Assembly (NCBI GenBank): GCA_964429865.1
Contig: CAYSDK010000001.1
Coordinates: 1-60,892 of the forward strand
DNA length: 60,892 nt
Reading direction: 5' to 3'
DNA from: an uncultured bacterium
GTDB taxonomy: Bacteria; Methylomirabilota; Methylomirabilia; Methylomirabilales; CSP1-5
Positions 46,248 to 56,834 of this stretch are shown here, piece by piece. The first letter of the stretch is position 1. Each line of letters opens with the position of its first letter. A model generated the notes under the pieces. It searched no databases. It was not told the DNA's origin and was given only the letters and a program-made list of their open reading frames with translations. The translations under genes and the position numbers were made by a program.

Positions 46248-47975
46248 TTGAAGATCACCGGAGCTGAGATCCTGCTGAAATCTCTCGTCGAGGAGGGGGT
46301 CACAACGATCTTTGGGCATCCGGGGGGGGTCATTCTCCACGAGACTGACGCCGCCAGCGACCACCCGATCAGGTACATTCTCTGCCGCCACGAGCAGGTG
46401 GCTACCCATGCCGCCGAGGGGTATTACAAGGCCACGGGGAGGACGGGGACGGTCATGGTCAGCTCGGGTTCCGGGGTCACGAATTGTGTGACCGCGCTCA
46501 CCGATGCCCTCGTGGACTCCATGGCCATAGTGGTCCTGACGGGGCAGCTTCCCGCCGTCATGGGATGGGATGCCGCCCAAGAGGCGGATGCGGTGGGAAC
46601 CGCCCGGGGCTGCACCAAGCATTGCTTCATGGCCTTCACGACCGAGGAGATCCCGCGGATCATCAAGGAGGCGTATTTCATTGCACGCTCTGGGCGGCCG
46701 GGCCCGGTCCTCGTTGATCTGCCCCAGGCCGTCATGACAGGCTGTGTCGCGTACACAGGGCACCCGAAATCGGTTGCGATCCGAGGGTACAACCCCCAGA
46801 TGGCTGGTCACCCCGGGCAGATCAAGAGGGCGGCCGAGCTCATCGCCCAAGCCAGGCGTCCGGTCATCTACGGAGGCGGAGGCATCATCCATGCGGACGC
46901 ATCCGAGGAGCTGCGCGAACTCGTCGAGATCACCCAAATCCCCACCACCCTCACGCTCATGGGACTGGGGGCCCTCCCCACCAGCCACCCGCTCTGGCTC
47001 GGAATGCTCGGGATGCACGGACTCTACTGGGCGAACCGGTGCCTGATTGACGCCGACCTGATCGTTGCCATCGGATCCCGCTTCGATGACCGGGTCACGG
47101 GTAAGGCGTGCGATTTCGGCACGCAGTGCAAGATCATCCATGTGGACATCGACCCGACGTCGATTCAGAAGCACGTCAAGGTTGACGTCCCTATCGTCGG
47201 TGATGTGCGGTGTGTCCTCCGCGAGCTCAACAAAGAGCTCCGCAAGGTGAAGCGGAACTGGGCGAGGGATTTCGACGAATGGTACGGACAGATCGAGGCG
47301 TGGAAGAAACAACACCCCCTCCGGTACGAGCAACAGCAGGGGGTGATCAAACCCCAGTACGCCATCGATATGATCCTTCGCCTGACCGAGGAGTACGATC
47401 CGATCATTGCCACCGGCGTAGGCCAGCACCAGGTATGGGCGGCCCAGTTTTACCGGGGTCGCAAGCCGCGCCGCTGGCTCACCTCGGGAGGCCTGGGGAC
47501 GATGGGATACGGCTTCCCCGCCGCCCTGGGGGCCCAGGCGGCCTTCCCGAACAGTCTGGTCCTGAATATCGATGGAGACGGGGGCATCCAGGTCAGCCTG
47601 TCGGAGCTGTCGACGCTCGTCGACTACACACTCCCGGTCAAGACCTTTGTCATCAACAACAAATGTCTGGGGATGGTGCGCCAGTGGCATCAGCGCGTCT
47701 CCGCACACCACCCCCTGCCCACAGGCCCGATGCATCAGCCCGACTTTGTGAAACTCGCGGAGGCCTACGGCGCCGTGGGAATCCGGATTGAGCGGCCGGA
47801 AGAGGTGAAGGCGGGGATCGAGAAGGCCATCAATACCCCGGGACCTGTCGTGGTCGATGTGGTGGTGGAGCGGGAGGAAAACTGCTTTCCGACGATCCCG
47901 GCCGGGGCTGCCATCACGGACATCGTCAGGGCTCCAGCTCCGACCCCTGACAAGTCGTCGCAGGCATGGCACTGA
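46248..47975 (+). CDS. ilvB: acetolactate synthase large subunit
   Basis: GAEILLKSLVEEGVTTIFGHPGG, RHEQVATHAAEGY, FQEAD-like AQEAD, and GLGTMGYGFPAALGA...GDGGIQ...INN. TTG start. Confidence 0.9.
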   Translation: MKITGAEILLKSLVEEGVTTIFGHPGGVILHETDAASDHPIRYILCRHEQVATHAAEGYYKATGRTGTVMVSSGSGVTNCVTALTDALVDSMAIVVLTGQLPAVMGWDAAQEADAVGTARGCTKHCFMAFTTEEIPRIIKEAYFIARSGRPGPVLVDLPQAVMTGCVAYTGHPKSVAIRGYNPQMAGHPGQIKRAAELIAQARRPVIYGGGGIIHADASEELRELVEITQIPTTLTLMGLGALPTSHPLWLGMLGMHGLYWANRCLIDADLIVAIGSRFDDRVTGKACDFGTQCKIIHVDIDPTSIQKHVKVDVPIVGDVRCVLRELNKELRKVKRNWARDFDEWYGQIEAWKKQHPLRYEQQQGVIKPQYAIDMILRLTEEYDPIIATGVGQHQVWAAQFYRGRKPRRWLTSGGLGTMGYGFPAALGAQAAFPNSLVLNIDGDGGIQVSLSELSTLVDYTLPVKTFVINNKCLGMVRQWHQRVSAHHPLPTGPMHQPDFVKLAEAYGAVGIRIERPEEVKAGIEKAINTPGPVVVDVVVEREENCFPTIPAGAAITDIVRAPAPTPDKSSQAWH

Positions 47976-47982
47976 GGAGGGC

Positions 47983-48561
47983 ATGAAAGGGCAGATCCCC
48001 GCGCGGCGGCACATCCTGACCCTCCTGGTGGAGAACCAGGTGGGCGTCTTGGCGAGGATCGCCGGCTTGATCGCCGCCAAGGGGTATAACATCGATAGTG
48101 TCTCCGTCGGGGAGACGATGGATGCCTCGGTGTCCCGGGTCACCCTCGTGGTCCACGGGGATGACTGGGTGATGGAGCAGGTGGTCAAACAGCTCAATCG
48201 GTTGATCGAAGTCATCAAGGTGGTCGATCTGACGGAGGAGGAGTTTGTCGAGCGGGAAATGATCCTCGTCCGGGTGAACGCCGATCCGTCCAACCGAGCC
48301 GAGATCCTTCGGATTGCCGACATCTTCAGGGCCAAGGTCGTCGACCTCACCCACCGAATCTACACCCTGGAGGCGACGGGAGACGAGGACAAGATCCACG
48401 CCTTGCTCGAGCTCCTGCGCCCCTTCGGGATCAAGGAGCTGGTCCGGACCGGCCTGATCGCCATCGGCAGGGCGAGCAAGACTCCGTCCACCAAGCTGGA
48501 GCGGGTCGCGGGCGGGGACGGCGAGGAGGGTGCAAAGAAGTCCCCAGCGGTTGCCACGTAG
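47983..48561 (+). CDS. ilvN: acetolactate synthase small (regulatory) subunit
   Basis: ACT domain [43 protein letters not shown]. The upstream ORF extension was trimmed. Confidence 0.92.
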   Translation: MKGQIPARRHILTLLVENQVGVLARIAGLIAAKGYNIDSVSVGETMDASVSRVTLVVHGDDWVMEQVVKQLNRLIEVIKVVDLTEEEFVEREMILVRVNADPSNRAEILRIADIFRAKVVDLTHRIYTLEATGDEDKIHALLELLRPFGIKELVRTGLIAIGRASKTPSTKLERVAGGDGEEGAKKSPAVAT

Positions 48562-48581
48562 CGAAACGCGAGGAGACACAG

Positions 48582-49583
48582 ATGGGCAAGCTCTATTACG
48601 ATAAAGATGCGGATCTCTCCCTCTTGAAGGGGAAGACCATTGCCATCATTGGTTATGGGAGCCAGGGGCACGCCCACGCCCTGAATTTGAAGGATGCCGG
48701 CTTCGATGTGGTGGTGGGGCTCTACCGGGGCTCGCAATCGTGGGAGAAAGCGAAGGCGGATGGGCTCAAGGTCATGCCGGTGGACGAGGCGGCCTCGGCA
48801 GGCCACATGGTGATGATCCTCATCCCCGACCAGCACCAGCGGCAGGTCTATGCGGAGTCGATCCAGCAGGGACTCACCCCCGGAAAGACGTTGATGTTTG
48901 CCCACGGCTTCAACATCCATTTCCACCAGGTCCTGCCCCCCAAGGACGTGGATGTCTCCATGGTGGCCCCAAAGGCCCCGGGTCACGTCATGCGCCAGAT
49001 CTATACGGAGGGGTCGGGGGTCCCGGCCCTTGTGGCCATTCATCAGGACCGATCGGGGAAGGCGAAGGAGACGGCCCTCGCCTATGCGAAGGGTATCGGA
49101 TGCACCCGGGCCGGGGTACTCGAGACCACTTTTCGGGAAGAGACCGAGACCGACCTGTTCGGGGAACAGACCGTGCTCTGCGGCGGTCTGTCGGCCCTGA
49201 TCAAAGCCGGGTATGAGACGCTGATCGAGGCAGGGTACCAACCGGAGGTCGCCTACTTTGAGTGTCTCCACGAGGTGAAGCTCATTGTGGATCTCATGTA
49301 CCAGGGCGGCCTGGCCTATATGCGGTACTCGATCAGCGATACGGCCGAGTATGGGGATTATACCCGAGGCCCCCGCATCATCAACGACGCGGTGCGGGCC
49401 GAGATGAAGAAGATCCTGAAGGAGGTCCAAGATGGGACCTTCGCCCGGGAATGGATGCTGGAGAATCAAGCGGGCCGGCCCAGTTTTCTGGCGCTCCGGA
49501 AGAAGGATGCCGAGCATCCGATTGAGGTCGTAGGGAAAGAGCTACGCGCCATGATGAGCTGGATCAAAGGAGGGCCCCGGTAA
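48582..49583 (+). CDS. ilvC: ketol-acid reductoisomerase (class I)
   Basis: [30 protein letters not shown] and [11 protein letters not shown]. Confidence 0.96.
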   Translation: MGKLYYDKDADLSLLKGKTIAIIGYGSQGHAHALNLKDAGFDVVVGLYRGSQSWEKAKADGLKVMPVDEAASAGHMVMILIPDQHQRQVYAESIQQGLTPGKTLMFAHGFNIHFHQVLPPKDVDVSMVAPKAPGHVMRQIYTEGSGVPALVAIHQDRSGKAKETALAYAKGIGCTRAGVLETTFREETETDLFGEQTVLCGGLSALIKAGYETLIEAGYQPEVAYFECLHEVKLIVDLMYQGGLAYMRYSISDTAEYGDYTRGPRIINDAVRAEMKKILKEVQDGTFAREWMLENQAGRPSFLALRKKDAEHPIEVVGKELRAMMSWIKGGPR

Positions 49584-49617
49584 TCCCTCGCGCCTGGTGT
49601 GTCCTCCTGGCCACCCC

Positions 49618-49650
49618 ATGCCTCCGGACATCCGGAGGCATTTTCGTTTG
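49618..49650 (+). terminator. intrinsic terminator after ilvC
   Basis: 10-bp stem atgcctccgg (49618-49627) / ccggaggcat (49632-49641) with loop acat, followed by tttcgtttg. Confidence 0.8.
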
Positions 49651-49790
49651 TCGTGCCCTTGACCGATCTCGCAAGAGGCTGCCTTGACATCCATTTTTTC
49701 GCCATGGTAGAAGTCATTCGGCTCCTCAGGACCGACGGGAAAGAACCGGGCCGGCCCCCGGCAGGCTTCAGGTACCTCTCCAGCCACGCG

Positions 49791-50138
49791 ATGAAGGGGA
49801 GAGTCAGGATCGGCGGCCTGCTCCTCCTGCTCCTCCTGGCTCTCGCGGCCACCCTAGGCATCCAGGCGCTCTCCGCGTATGCAGATTATCTGGCGCTTGC
49901 CGACACGGTCCGCCTGGTGGTCCAAGACGTCAGCCTCGGCCCCCAGCGCGTGGAGGAAGGAGAACAACGGATCCTCGCAAAGGCCCGGGAGTTGCAACTG
50001 CCACTCTCCGAGCGCGAGGTCGTCGTGCACGCGGAGCCCGGTAAGGTCTCGGCCAGAATCAGGTGGCAACAGTCGATCGGCCTCTGGGGCTACACGATCC
50101 CCCTGACATTCGAGATCAACGAGTCAAGATCGCTGTAG
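49791..50138 (+). CDS. small membrane-anchored/secreted hypothetical protein (115 aa)
   Basis: MKGRVRIGGLLLLLLLALAATLGIQA is a signal/anchor sequence. No family was confidently recognised. The longer ORF from 49599 would span the terminator. Confidence 0.5.
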   Translation: MKGRVRIGGLLLLLLLALAATLGIQALSAYADYLALADTVRLVVQDVSLGPQRVEEGEQRILAKARELQLPLSEREVVVHAEPGKVSARIRWQQSIGLWGYTIPLTFEINESRSL

Positions 50139-50149
50139 CGGGTGACCGG

Positions 50150-51169
50150 ATGATGCTTCCCGGAGATGATATCCCGGCTTTCCAGGTGGCCACGCCTGAA
50201 ACGGCCTCCCCGGAGCCGTCTCCTCCCTTTATTGCCCTGGTCGGTCCGACGGCGGTCGGGAAGACGGCTATCGCTGTGGAACTGGCGAAAGCGATGGGAG
50301 GAGAGATTGTGGCCCTCGATTCCATGCAGGTCTACCGCTATCTGGACATCGGGACCGCCAAGCCGACGCCGGAAGCCCAAAAAGAAATCCCTCATCACCT
50401 CATCGATGTGGCGGATCCTTGGGACCCCTTTACGGCCATCGACTATGCTCTCTTGGCCCGTCGGGTGCTGAAAGAGATTCATGCCCGGGGCCGAATGCCT
50501 CTTGTGGTGGGCGGCTCGGGGCTCTATCTCCGGGCGCTGTGCGGAGAGATCTTCAATGGCCCGGGGGAGGTCACAGGCATCCGAACGCGTCTCGCGCAGG
50601 AGATGAAGAGGGGCGGGCCGGCCCTGTTGCACGCCCGCCTCACGCATCTCGATCCTGTCGCCGCGGCGAAAATCCATCCGAAGGACGCCTTCCGCCTCAT
50701 TCGAGCCCTGGAGATCATCGAGATCACCGGCAGGCGCGTATCGGAACTCTGGAAGGCCCACCGCCAGGGGCTGATGCGACCTTCCACCCTCCTCGTCGGG
50801 CTCCGACGGGAGCGAACGGCGCTGTACCGCCGGATCAACGATCGTGTGGATCGGATGGGTGCCTCGGGCCTGGTAGAGGAGGTCGATCGGCTCTTGAAGG
50901 CGGGCTATCCTCCACACCTCAAGCCGTTTCGCAGTCACAACTACCGCCACATTGTTGCCTATCTTCTCAGTCAACAGGGCTGGGAGGAGGCAGTGAGGCG
51001 GACACAACAGGAGACGCGTCATTACGCCAAGCGTCAGATGACGTGGTTCCGGAGCGAAAACGAGATCACATGGTTCGACCTGACGGACAGCGACTCGGAC
51101 AGGACCACAGCACTCTTGATCGAGCACATCCAGCGGCGGCGAGAGCGGTATGGAACAGATTCGAATTAG
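50150..51169 (+). CDS. miaA: tRNA dimethylallyltransferase
   Basis: P-loop GPTAVGKT, DSMQVYRYLDIGTAKP, HHLID, and YAKRQMTWFR. The exact start is uncertain; an in-frame GTG lies at 50186. Confidence 0.9.
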   Translation: MMLPGDDIPAFQVATPETASPEPSPPFIALVGPTAVGKTAIAVELAKAMGGEIVALDSMQVYRYLDIGTAKPTPEAQKEIPHHLIDVADPWDPFTAIDYALLARRVLKEIHARGRMPLVVGGSGLYLRALCGEIFNGPGEVTGIRTRLAQEMKRGGPALLHARLTHLDPVAAAKIHPKDAFRLIRALEIIEITGRRVSELWKAHRQGLMRPSTLLVGLRRERTALYRRINDRVDRMGASGLVEEVDRLLKAGYPPHLKPFRSHNYRHIVAYLLSQQGWEEAVRRTQQETRHYAKRQMTWFRSENEITWFDLTDSDSDRTTALLIEHIQRRRERYGTDSN

Positions 51170-52463
51170 GGGAGGGGCCCGCGGACCTCACGGGCCGATG
51201 ACGGTCCCGGGTGATAAGTCGATCTCCCACCGTGCCATCATCCTGGGTGCCTTGGCAGAAGGGGTCACCGAAGTCTCTGGGTGTCTCAGGTCGGAGGACT
51301 GCCAGCGCACCCTGGGCGCGCTCCGGGCCCTGGGAGTGGAAACTGAGGGATGGGAAGGAGATACTCTCCGGATCTATGGAAAGGGACTCCATGGACTCCG
51401 AGAGGCGGCGGACACCCTGGACTGTGGCAACTCCGGCACCACGATCCGCCTCCTGGCAGGCGTGCTGGCGGGGCAGCCTTTCCTCTCCGTCCTGACTGGG
51501 GACGCATCGCTGAGGCGCCGGCCCATGGATCGGATCATCCGCCCCCTCACACAAATGGGTGCGGAGATCTGGGGTCGGGCTCACGATACGCTCCCTCCCT
51601 TGGCGGTCCGGGGGGGGAGCCTTCGCGGGGTGACGTACCGCTCCCCGGTCCCGTCGGCCCAGGTGAAATCCGCAATCCTCCTGGCCGGCCTCTTTGCCGA
51701 GGGACCGACGACCGTCATCGAGCCGGCAGCCTCGCGGGATCATACCGAGCGCATGCTCACGGCCTACGGGCAGCGGGTGGAGCCGAGAGAGCGGGAGGTG
51801 ACGCTGATCCCCGCAGGGACCCTTCACGCCACCCCTATTTCGGTTCCGGGAGATTTCTCGTCGGCCGCCTTCTTCCTCGTGGCCGGCCTGATCCTTCCCG
51901 ACTCCGACCTCACCATCGAAGGGGTTGGAGTGAATCCTACCCGCACAGGTCTCTTGGACGTTCTCCAGGCGATGGGGGGGAAGGTGCAGGTCTTTCCGGT
52001 GGACGAACAGACCGGAGAGCCGCGCGCCCATCTCAGGGTCCGCGCGAGCCGCCTGAAGGGGATCAGCATCGGGGGAGACCTGATTCCCCGCCTGATTGAT
52101 GAGATCCCGGTCCTGGCGGTGGCCGCCGCCTGCGCCGAGGGAAAGACGGTCATCCGGGACGCCGCCGAGCTCAGGGTCAAGGAGTCCGATCGCATCCGGA
52201 CTATTGCCGGCGAGCTGAGTCGCATGGGGGTTCGTACGGAAGAGCTCCCGGATGGGCTCATTATCCATGGCGGGCGCGACCTTCAGGGGGCTCGGTGCGA
52301 AGGCCACGGGGATCACCGGGTGGCCATGGCACTGATCGTGGCGGGGCTTCAGGCTGATGGGGAGACGACAGTGCTGGACACAGCATGTATCCGCACTTCC
52401 TTTCCCGGTTTTGTGGAGACGTTGGAGCGTCTATTTCCCAACGCCCTGGAGCGGCGGGGATGA
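51150..52463 (+). CDS. aroA: 3-phosphoshikimate 1-carboxyvinyltransferase (EPSP synthase)
   Basis: PGDKSISHRA, LDCGNSGTTIRLLAG, RPMDRI, KESDRI and DHRVAMA. Confidence 0.95.
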   Translation: MEQIRIRGGARGPHGPMTVPGDKSISHRAIILGALAEGVTEVSGCLRSEDCQRTLGALRALGVETEGWEGDTLRIYGKGLHGLREAADTLDCGNSGTTIRLLAGVLAGQPFLSVLTGDASLRRRPMDRIIRPLTQMGAEIWGRAHDTLPPLAVRGGSLRGVTYRSPVPSAQVKSAILLAGLFAEGPTTVIEPAASRDHTERMLTAYGQRVEPREREVTLIPAGTLHATPISVPGDFSSAAFFLVAGLILPDSDLTIEGVGVNPTRTGLLDVLQAMGGKVQVFPVDEQTGEPRAHLRVRASRLKGISIGGDLIPRLIDEIPVLAVAAACAEGKTVIRDAAELRVKESDRIRTIAGELSRMGVRTEELPDGLIIHGGRDLQGARCEGHGDHRVAMALIVAGLQADGETTVLDTACIRTSFPGFVETLERLFPNALERRG

Positions 52464-53161
52464 GCCGGCTGCCGCCCGACCTCATCATCGCCATCGACGG
52501 ACCGGTGGCCGCCGGGAAGACTACGGCGGCGCGGCTTCTGGCTCGGCGACTCGGCTATTGCCACATCGAGAGCGGGGCGATGTACCGGGCGCTGGCCTGG
52601 AAGGCGCTCAAGCAGGGAAGCGATCTCTCGGACCCGGTGGCCCTCGTGAATCTCCTGTCCCAAACCACGCTGGAACTTCGACCGACCGCCGAGGGGTTTG
52701 TGGTCCTGGTCGATGGGGAGGACATCACCGATGTGCTCCGCTCACCCACGATGCAGGCTGCTGCCTCTGTCCTGTCCGTCCATGCCAGTGTTCGAGGGAA
52801 GCTAGTGGAGAAGCAGCGGGAGCTGGGGGCTCAGGGCGGGGTAGTGATGGATGGCCGCGACATCGGAACGGTGGTCTTCCCCGATGCCGCCATGAAATTC
52901 TACCTCACCGCCTCCCTGGACGCGCGAGGCCGTCGCCGCTTTCGGGAATCCTCCCAGGAGCTCGGGACCATCGAGACGACCCTGGAGGAGGTAGCCAAAC
53001 GAGATCGGCGGGACACGGAGCGGGTGGCCTCACCGCTCAAACCGGCACCGAACGCCATCCTCATCGATACCACGCTGCTCGGCCCGGAGGAGGTGGTGAG
53101 GCAGATGGAGGCCGAGATCCATCGGAAATTCAAGAACTCACACGATATTTCGCTTGCGTGA
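52460..53161 (+). CDS. cmk: cytidylate kinase
   Basis: IIAIDGPVAAGKTT, SGAMYRA and DGRDIGTVVFP. ATGA overlap with aroA. Confidence 0.93.
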   Translation: MSRLPPDLIIAIDGPVAAGKTTAARLLARRLGYCHIESGAMYRALAWKALKQGSDLSDPVALVNLLSQTTLELRPTAEGFVVLVDGEDITDVLRSPTMQAAASVLSVHASVRGKLVEKQRELGAQGGVVMDGRDIGTVVFPDAAMKFYLTASLDARGRRRFRESSQELGTIETTLEEVAKRDRRDTERVASPLKPAPNAILIDTTLLGPEEVVRQMEAEIHRKFKNSHDISLA

Positions 53162-53217
53162 TGGATACAAGATGGTTAAAATAAAGGGCTTTGAAGGGTG
53201 TCAGGAGGTCTTTCCGC

Positions 53218-53844
53218 GTGTGGTATGGGGTACTGCAAATTTTCCTCCCCCGGATCATGCCGCTCTTCGATTTCCGTGTGGTGGGGAAGGAGGGGGTCCC
53301 CCCCACGGAGGGCGTGATCCTGGCTGCCAATCACGTGAGCTACGTCGACCCGCTGTTCATCGGCGTGGCCCTCGTGGAGAGGCAGCTCCACTTCCTCGCC
53401 AAGGAAGAACTCTTCCGGTCCCCGCTTTTTGGGTCGCTCATGCGAGGCCTGCACGCCTTTCCCGTGCGCAGGGGCCAAGGGGACACCGGGGCGATCAGGC
53501 ACTGTTTGCGCCTTCTCGCGGAGGGAGAAATGCTCCTCATGTTTCCCGAGGGGACCCGTGGGGATGGGATGGCCCTGCTGGAGGCAGAGGGGGGAATTGG
53601 ATTTCTGGCGGCACGCTCCGGCTGTCCGGTGGTCCCCGTATACGTGCAGGGCACCGACCACGTCCTGCCGCGCGGGAAGCGGATTCCCAGGTTGCGCCCC
53701 GTAACGGTCTACTTCGGCCGGCCGCTCAGGCTGGCGGCGGAGACCAACCGCAAGGAGTCGCGGTGGAGCTACCGTCAGCTGAGTGAGCAGGTGATGAAAG
53801 AGATTGGCGCACTGAGGGTGCGGGCCCATTCTGCGGCATCGTAA
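53218..53844 (+). CDS. plsC: 1-acyl-sn-glycerol-3-phosphate acyltransferase
   Basis: Acyltransferase motifs ANHVSYVDP (HX4D) and FPEGTRG. The start is at GTG 53218, 9 nt after AGGAGG; the ORF is open from TTG 53191. Confidence 0.88.
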   Translation: MWYGVLQIFLPRIMPLFDFRVVGKEGVPPTEGVILAANHVSYVDPLFIGVALVERQLHFLAKEELFRSPLFGSLMRGLHAFPVRRGQGDTGAIRHCLRLLAEGEMLLMFPEGTRGDGMALLEAEGGIGFLAARSGCPVVPVYVQGTDHVLPRGKRIPRLRPVTVYFGRPLRLAAETNRKESRWSYRQLSEQVMKEIGALRVRAHSAAS

Positions 53845-53886
53845 ACTCTATCTTCGTAAAATCTTCGCCAGGAGGAACAACCGGGG

Positions 53887-55563
53887 ATGAATATGAAGGG
53901 AAGGCGACGCGACACTCGAGAGGGGCCAGGGGATCGGACCTCGGCCAAAGATACGGAGGGGCGACAACCGACCCTCACCATGCAGGAGATCTACGACCAG
54001 ACCTTCAAGGACATCCTCGAAGGAGAGATCGTGAAGGGAAAGGTCGTCGAGATCGGAGCCGATTCGGTCATGATTGACATCGGGTACAAGTCCGAGGGCA
54101 GCATCCCCGCCAGGGAGTTCCTGAACCCCCAGGGCCAACTGATGATCCACGTAGGGGATGTCGTGGACGTGTACCTCGAATCCAAGGAGGACAGCGAGGG
54201 GCTCGTCGTCCTGAGCCGAGAAAAGGCAGAGAAAATCAAGGTGTGGGATGAAATTAGCAAGGTCCATGAAAAAGGTGGGGTCGTCCAGGGGACCATTGTC
54301 GGGAAGACGAAAGGGGGGCTCATCGTGGACATCGGGGTCCGGGCATTCCTCCCCGGCTCCCAGGTCGACCTGCGGCCCGTCCGGGACCTCGACCGCGTGA
54401 TCGGCAAGACGTTCCCGATGAAGATCATCAAGCTGAACCAGCGACGGGGCAACATCGTCCTCTCCCGGAGAGAGCTGTTGGAAGAGGAGCGCAAGGGACT
54501 CAAGGAGAAGACCCTCGCCACGCTGGCAGAAGGGAAGGTCCTCAGGGGGAAGGTCAAGAACATCACCGAATACGGAGCCTTCATCGATCTCGGCGGGCTC
54601 GACGGCCTCTTACACATCACCGACATGTCGTGGGGGCGGATCGGACACCCCTCGGAGCTTTTTGCGGTGGGGGGCGAGGTCGAGGTCGTGGTCCTCAAGT
54701 TCGACCGTCAGACGGAACGGGTCTCGCTCGGATATAAACAGCGTCTCCCGGACCCCTGGGAAAGCGTCACCCAGAGATTTCCGCCAGGGACGAAGGTCAA
54801 GGGAAAGGTGGTCTCGATCACCGATTACGGGGCATTCGTCGAACTCGAGCCGGGGACAGAAGGCCTCGTCCACATCTCGGAGATGTCCTGGACCCAGCGG
54901 GTCAAGCACCCGTCGAAGGTGGTGACCGTGGGCGATGTGGTCGAGGTTGTCGTCCTCGATATCGATCAGTCGGCTCGGCGCATCTCCCTCGGGATGAAGC
55001 AGGCGGAACCCAATCCGTGGGACGCCTTGGAACAACGGTATCCCGTAGGAACCCGCGTGGAGGGAAAGGTCCGAAACCTCGTCGACTTCGGCGCCTTCGT
55101 TGAACTGGAAGATGGGATCGACGGGCTCATCCACGTCTCGGACATATCATGGACCAAGCGGGTCAAGCATCCCTCAGATATTTTGAAAAAGGGGGACCGC
55201 GTCGAGGCCATCGTGCTCCATGTGGACAAGGCGGCCCGCCGCATCTCTCTGGGGCTCAAGCAGACCCATCCCGATCCCTGGAAGACCATTGTCCCGGAGC
55301 GATATCGGGTCGGCATGGATGTCACGGGAAAGGTGGTTCGGATTACCGATTTCGGGGCCTTCGTTGAGCTTCCCGACGGCATCGAGGGGCTGCTCCACGT
55401 CTCCGAGCTGTCCGAGGGACGCGTGAACCGACCGGAGGACGTGATCAAGGTCGGTGAGGAATTGACATTGAAAATCATCAAGTTGGACACGGATGATCGC
55501 AAACTGGGACTGAGTCTCCGGGCTTACCAGGAGGCCGCTCGGGAACAGGCGAAAGGGGAGTAG
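53887..55563 (+). CDS. rpsA: 30S ribosomal protein S1
   Basis: Six S1 repeats (e.g. GKVVSITDYGAFVELEPGTEGLVHISEMSW). cmk...rpsA synteny. The N-terminal ~30 aa are uncertain; an alternative Met lies at MQEIYDQ. Confidence 0.93.
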   Translation: MNMKGRRRDTREGPGDRTSAKDTEGRQPTLTMQEIYDQTFKDILEGEIVKGKVVEIGADSVMIDIGYKSEGSIPAREFLNPQGQLMIHVGDVVDVYLESKEDSEGLVVLSREKAEKIKVWDEISKVHEKGGVVQGTIVGKTKGGLIVDIGVRAFLPGSQVDLRPVRDLDRVIGKTFPMKIIKLNQRRGNIVLSRRELLEEERKGLKEKTLATLAEGKVLRGKVKNITEYGAFIDLGGLDGLLHITDMSWGRIGHPSELFAVGGEVEVVVLKFDRQTERVSLGYKQRLPDPWESVTQRFPPGTKVKGKVVSITDYGAFVELEPGTEGLVHISEMSWTQRVKHPSKVVTVGDVVEVVVLDIDQSARRISLGMKQAEPNPWDALEQRYPVGTRVEGKVRNLVDFGAFVELEDGIDGLIHVSDISWTKRVKHPSDILKKGDRVEAIVLHVDKAARRISLGLKQTHPDPWKTIVPERYRVGMDVTGKVVRITDFGAFVELPDGIEGLLHVSELSEGRVNRPEDVIKVGEELTLKIIKLDTDDRKLGLSLRAYQEAAREQAKGE

Positions 55564-55566
55564 CCC

Positions 55567-56469
55567 ATGCGTGCGGAGTGGAAGCGTCCTTTTGTCCGCG
55601 CCGTGATCGTCACGGGTGGGATTGGACTCGTCTTCTTCCTCCTGATCTTCGCGGCAGCGTTCTTGCTGGGCAACTGGGAACACTTCGGGGGCCCCAAGGT
55701 CGCCCTGCTGGAAGTCAATGGCATCATCTCCGAACCGGAGGAGATCATCGAGCAGATCCGGCATCATATGGAGAATCGGACGGTTCAGGCCTTCGTCATC
55801 CGCATCAACAGCCCGGGAGGAGGCGTCGCGGCCTCGCAGGAGATCTATCAGGAGATCAAGAAGATCCGCCAGGTCCATTCCAAGCCGGTGGTCGCCTCTC
55901 TCTCGACTGTGGGGGCATCGGGAGGCTACTATATCGCTGCGGCGGCCGACAAGATCGTGGCCAATCCCGGAAGCATCACGGGAAGCATCGGGGTCATCAT
56001 CCATATCCCCAACGTCTCGGACCTGCTGCAGAAGGTGGGGATTCGATCGGTGGTGATCAAGAGCGGGCCGTACAAGGATATGGGGTCGACAACGCGAGAC
56101 CTGTCTCGCGAAGAGCAACAGTTGCTCCAGCGGCTGATCGACGACATCCACGATCAATTCATCCAGGCGGTGGTCGAAGGGCGCCATCTCTCGCGGCAGC
56201 AGGTCGAGAAGGTCGCCGACGGTCGGATCCTGACCGGTCGCCAGGCCCTGGAGATGGGGCTGGTGGATCAGCTCGGGAACCTGGAGGACGCCATCGACAC
56301 CGCAGCAAAAATGGGCGGCATCCCGGGCAAGCCACGGATCGTGCAGGTGAAGCCGCGTGAATTCTCCCTCCTCCGGCTTTTGCTTGGCAATGCTGCCACA
56401 GGGTGGCCGCAGAAGCTTCTGGGTGGGGAGGGAGGGCAGTATTCGGTCGACTACCTGTGGACGTGGTGA
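55567..56469 (+). CDS. sppA: signal peptide peptidase SppA (36K type)
   Basis: N-terminal TM. INSPGGGVAAS. Catalytic-Ser region ASGGYYIA, and the Lys region. Confidence 0.88.
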   Translation: MRAEWKRPFVRAVIVTGGIGLVFFLLIFAAAFLLGNWEHFGGPKVALLEVNGIISEPEEIIEQIRHHMENRTVQAFVIRINSPGGGVAASQEIYQEIKKIRQVHSKPVVASLSTVGASGGYYIAAAADKIVANPGSITGSIGVIIHIPNVSDLLQKVGIRSVVIKSGPYKDMGSTTRDLSREEQQLLQRLIDDIHDQFIQAVVEGRHLSRQQVEKVADGRILTGRQALEMGLVDQLGNLEDAIDTAAKMGGIPGKPRIVQVKPREFSLLRLLLGNAATGWPQKLLGGEGGQYSVDYLWTW

Positions 56470-56495
56470 AACCCGGTGGAGAGCGGAGGGGAGCG

Positions 56496-56777
56496 ATGAC
56501 CAAAGCAGACTTGGTGGAGAAGATTGCTGCGACGGTCAATCTAACGAAAAAGGAGACCGAGGTCGTCATTGATACTATCTTCGAAGGCATCGCGAAGGCG
56601 CTGGCATCGAACCAAGATGGCAAGGTTGAACTTCGGGGCTTCGGGAGCTTTCGGGTCCGCCGCCGCGGGGGCCGCCAGGGTCGGAATCCCCAGAGTGGTG
56701 CGACAGTCAATGTCCCCCCCAAAAAGGTTCCCTACTTCAAGCCGGGAAAGGAGCTGAAGGCCCTCATCGACAGGTAA
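56496..56777 (+). CDS. ihfB: HU/IHF-family DNA-binding protein (IHF beta-like)
   Basis: MTKADLVEKIA..., LRGFGSFRVRRR..GRNPQSG and VPYFKPGKELK. The position downstream of rpsA matches E. coli rpsA-ihfB. Confidence 0.85.
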   Translation: MTKADLVEKIAATVNLTKKETEVVIDTIFEGIAKALASNQDGKVELRGFGSFRVRRRGGRQGRNPQSGATVNVPPKKVPYFKPGKELKALIDR

Positions 56778-56834
56778 TCCCTCTGCACGTAGAAAGGCCC
56801 TTCCGTTCAGACCTGTCTGGTCGGCCGTCAGTTC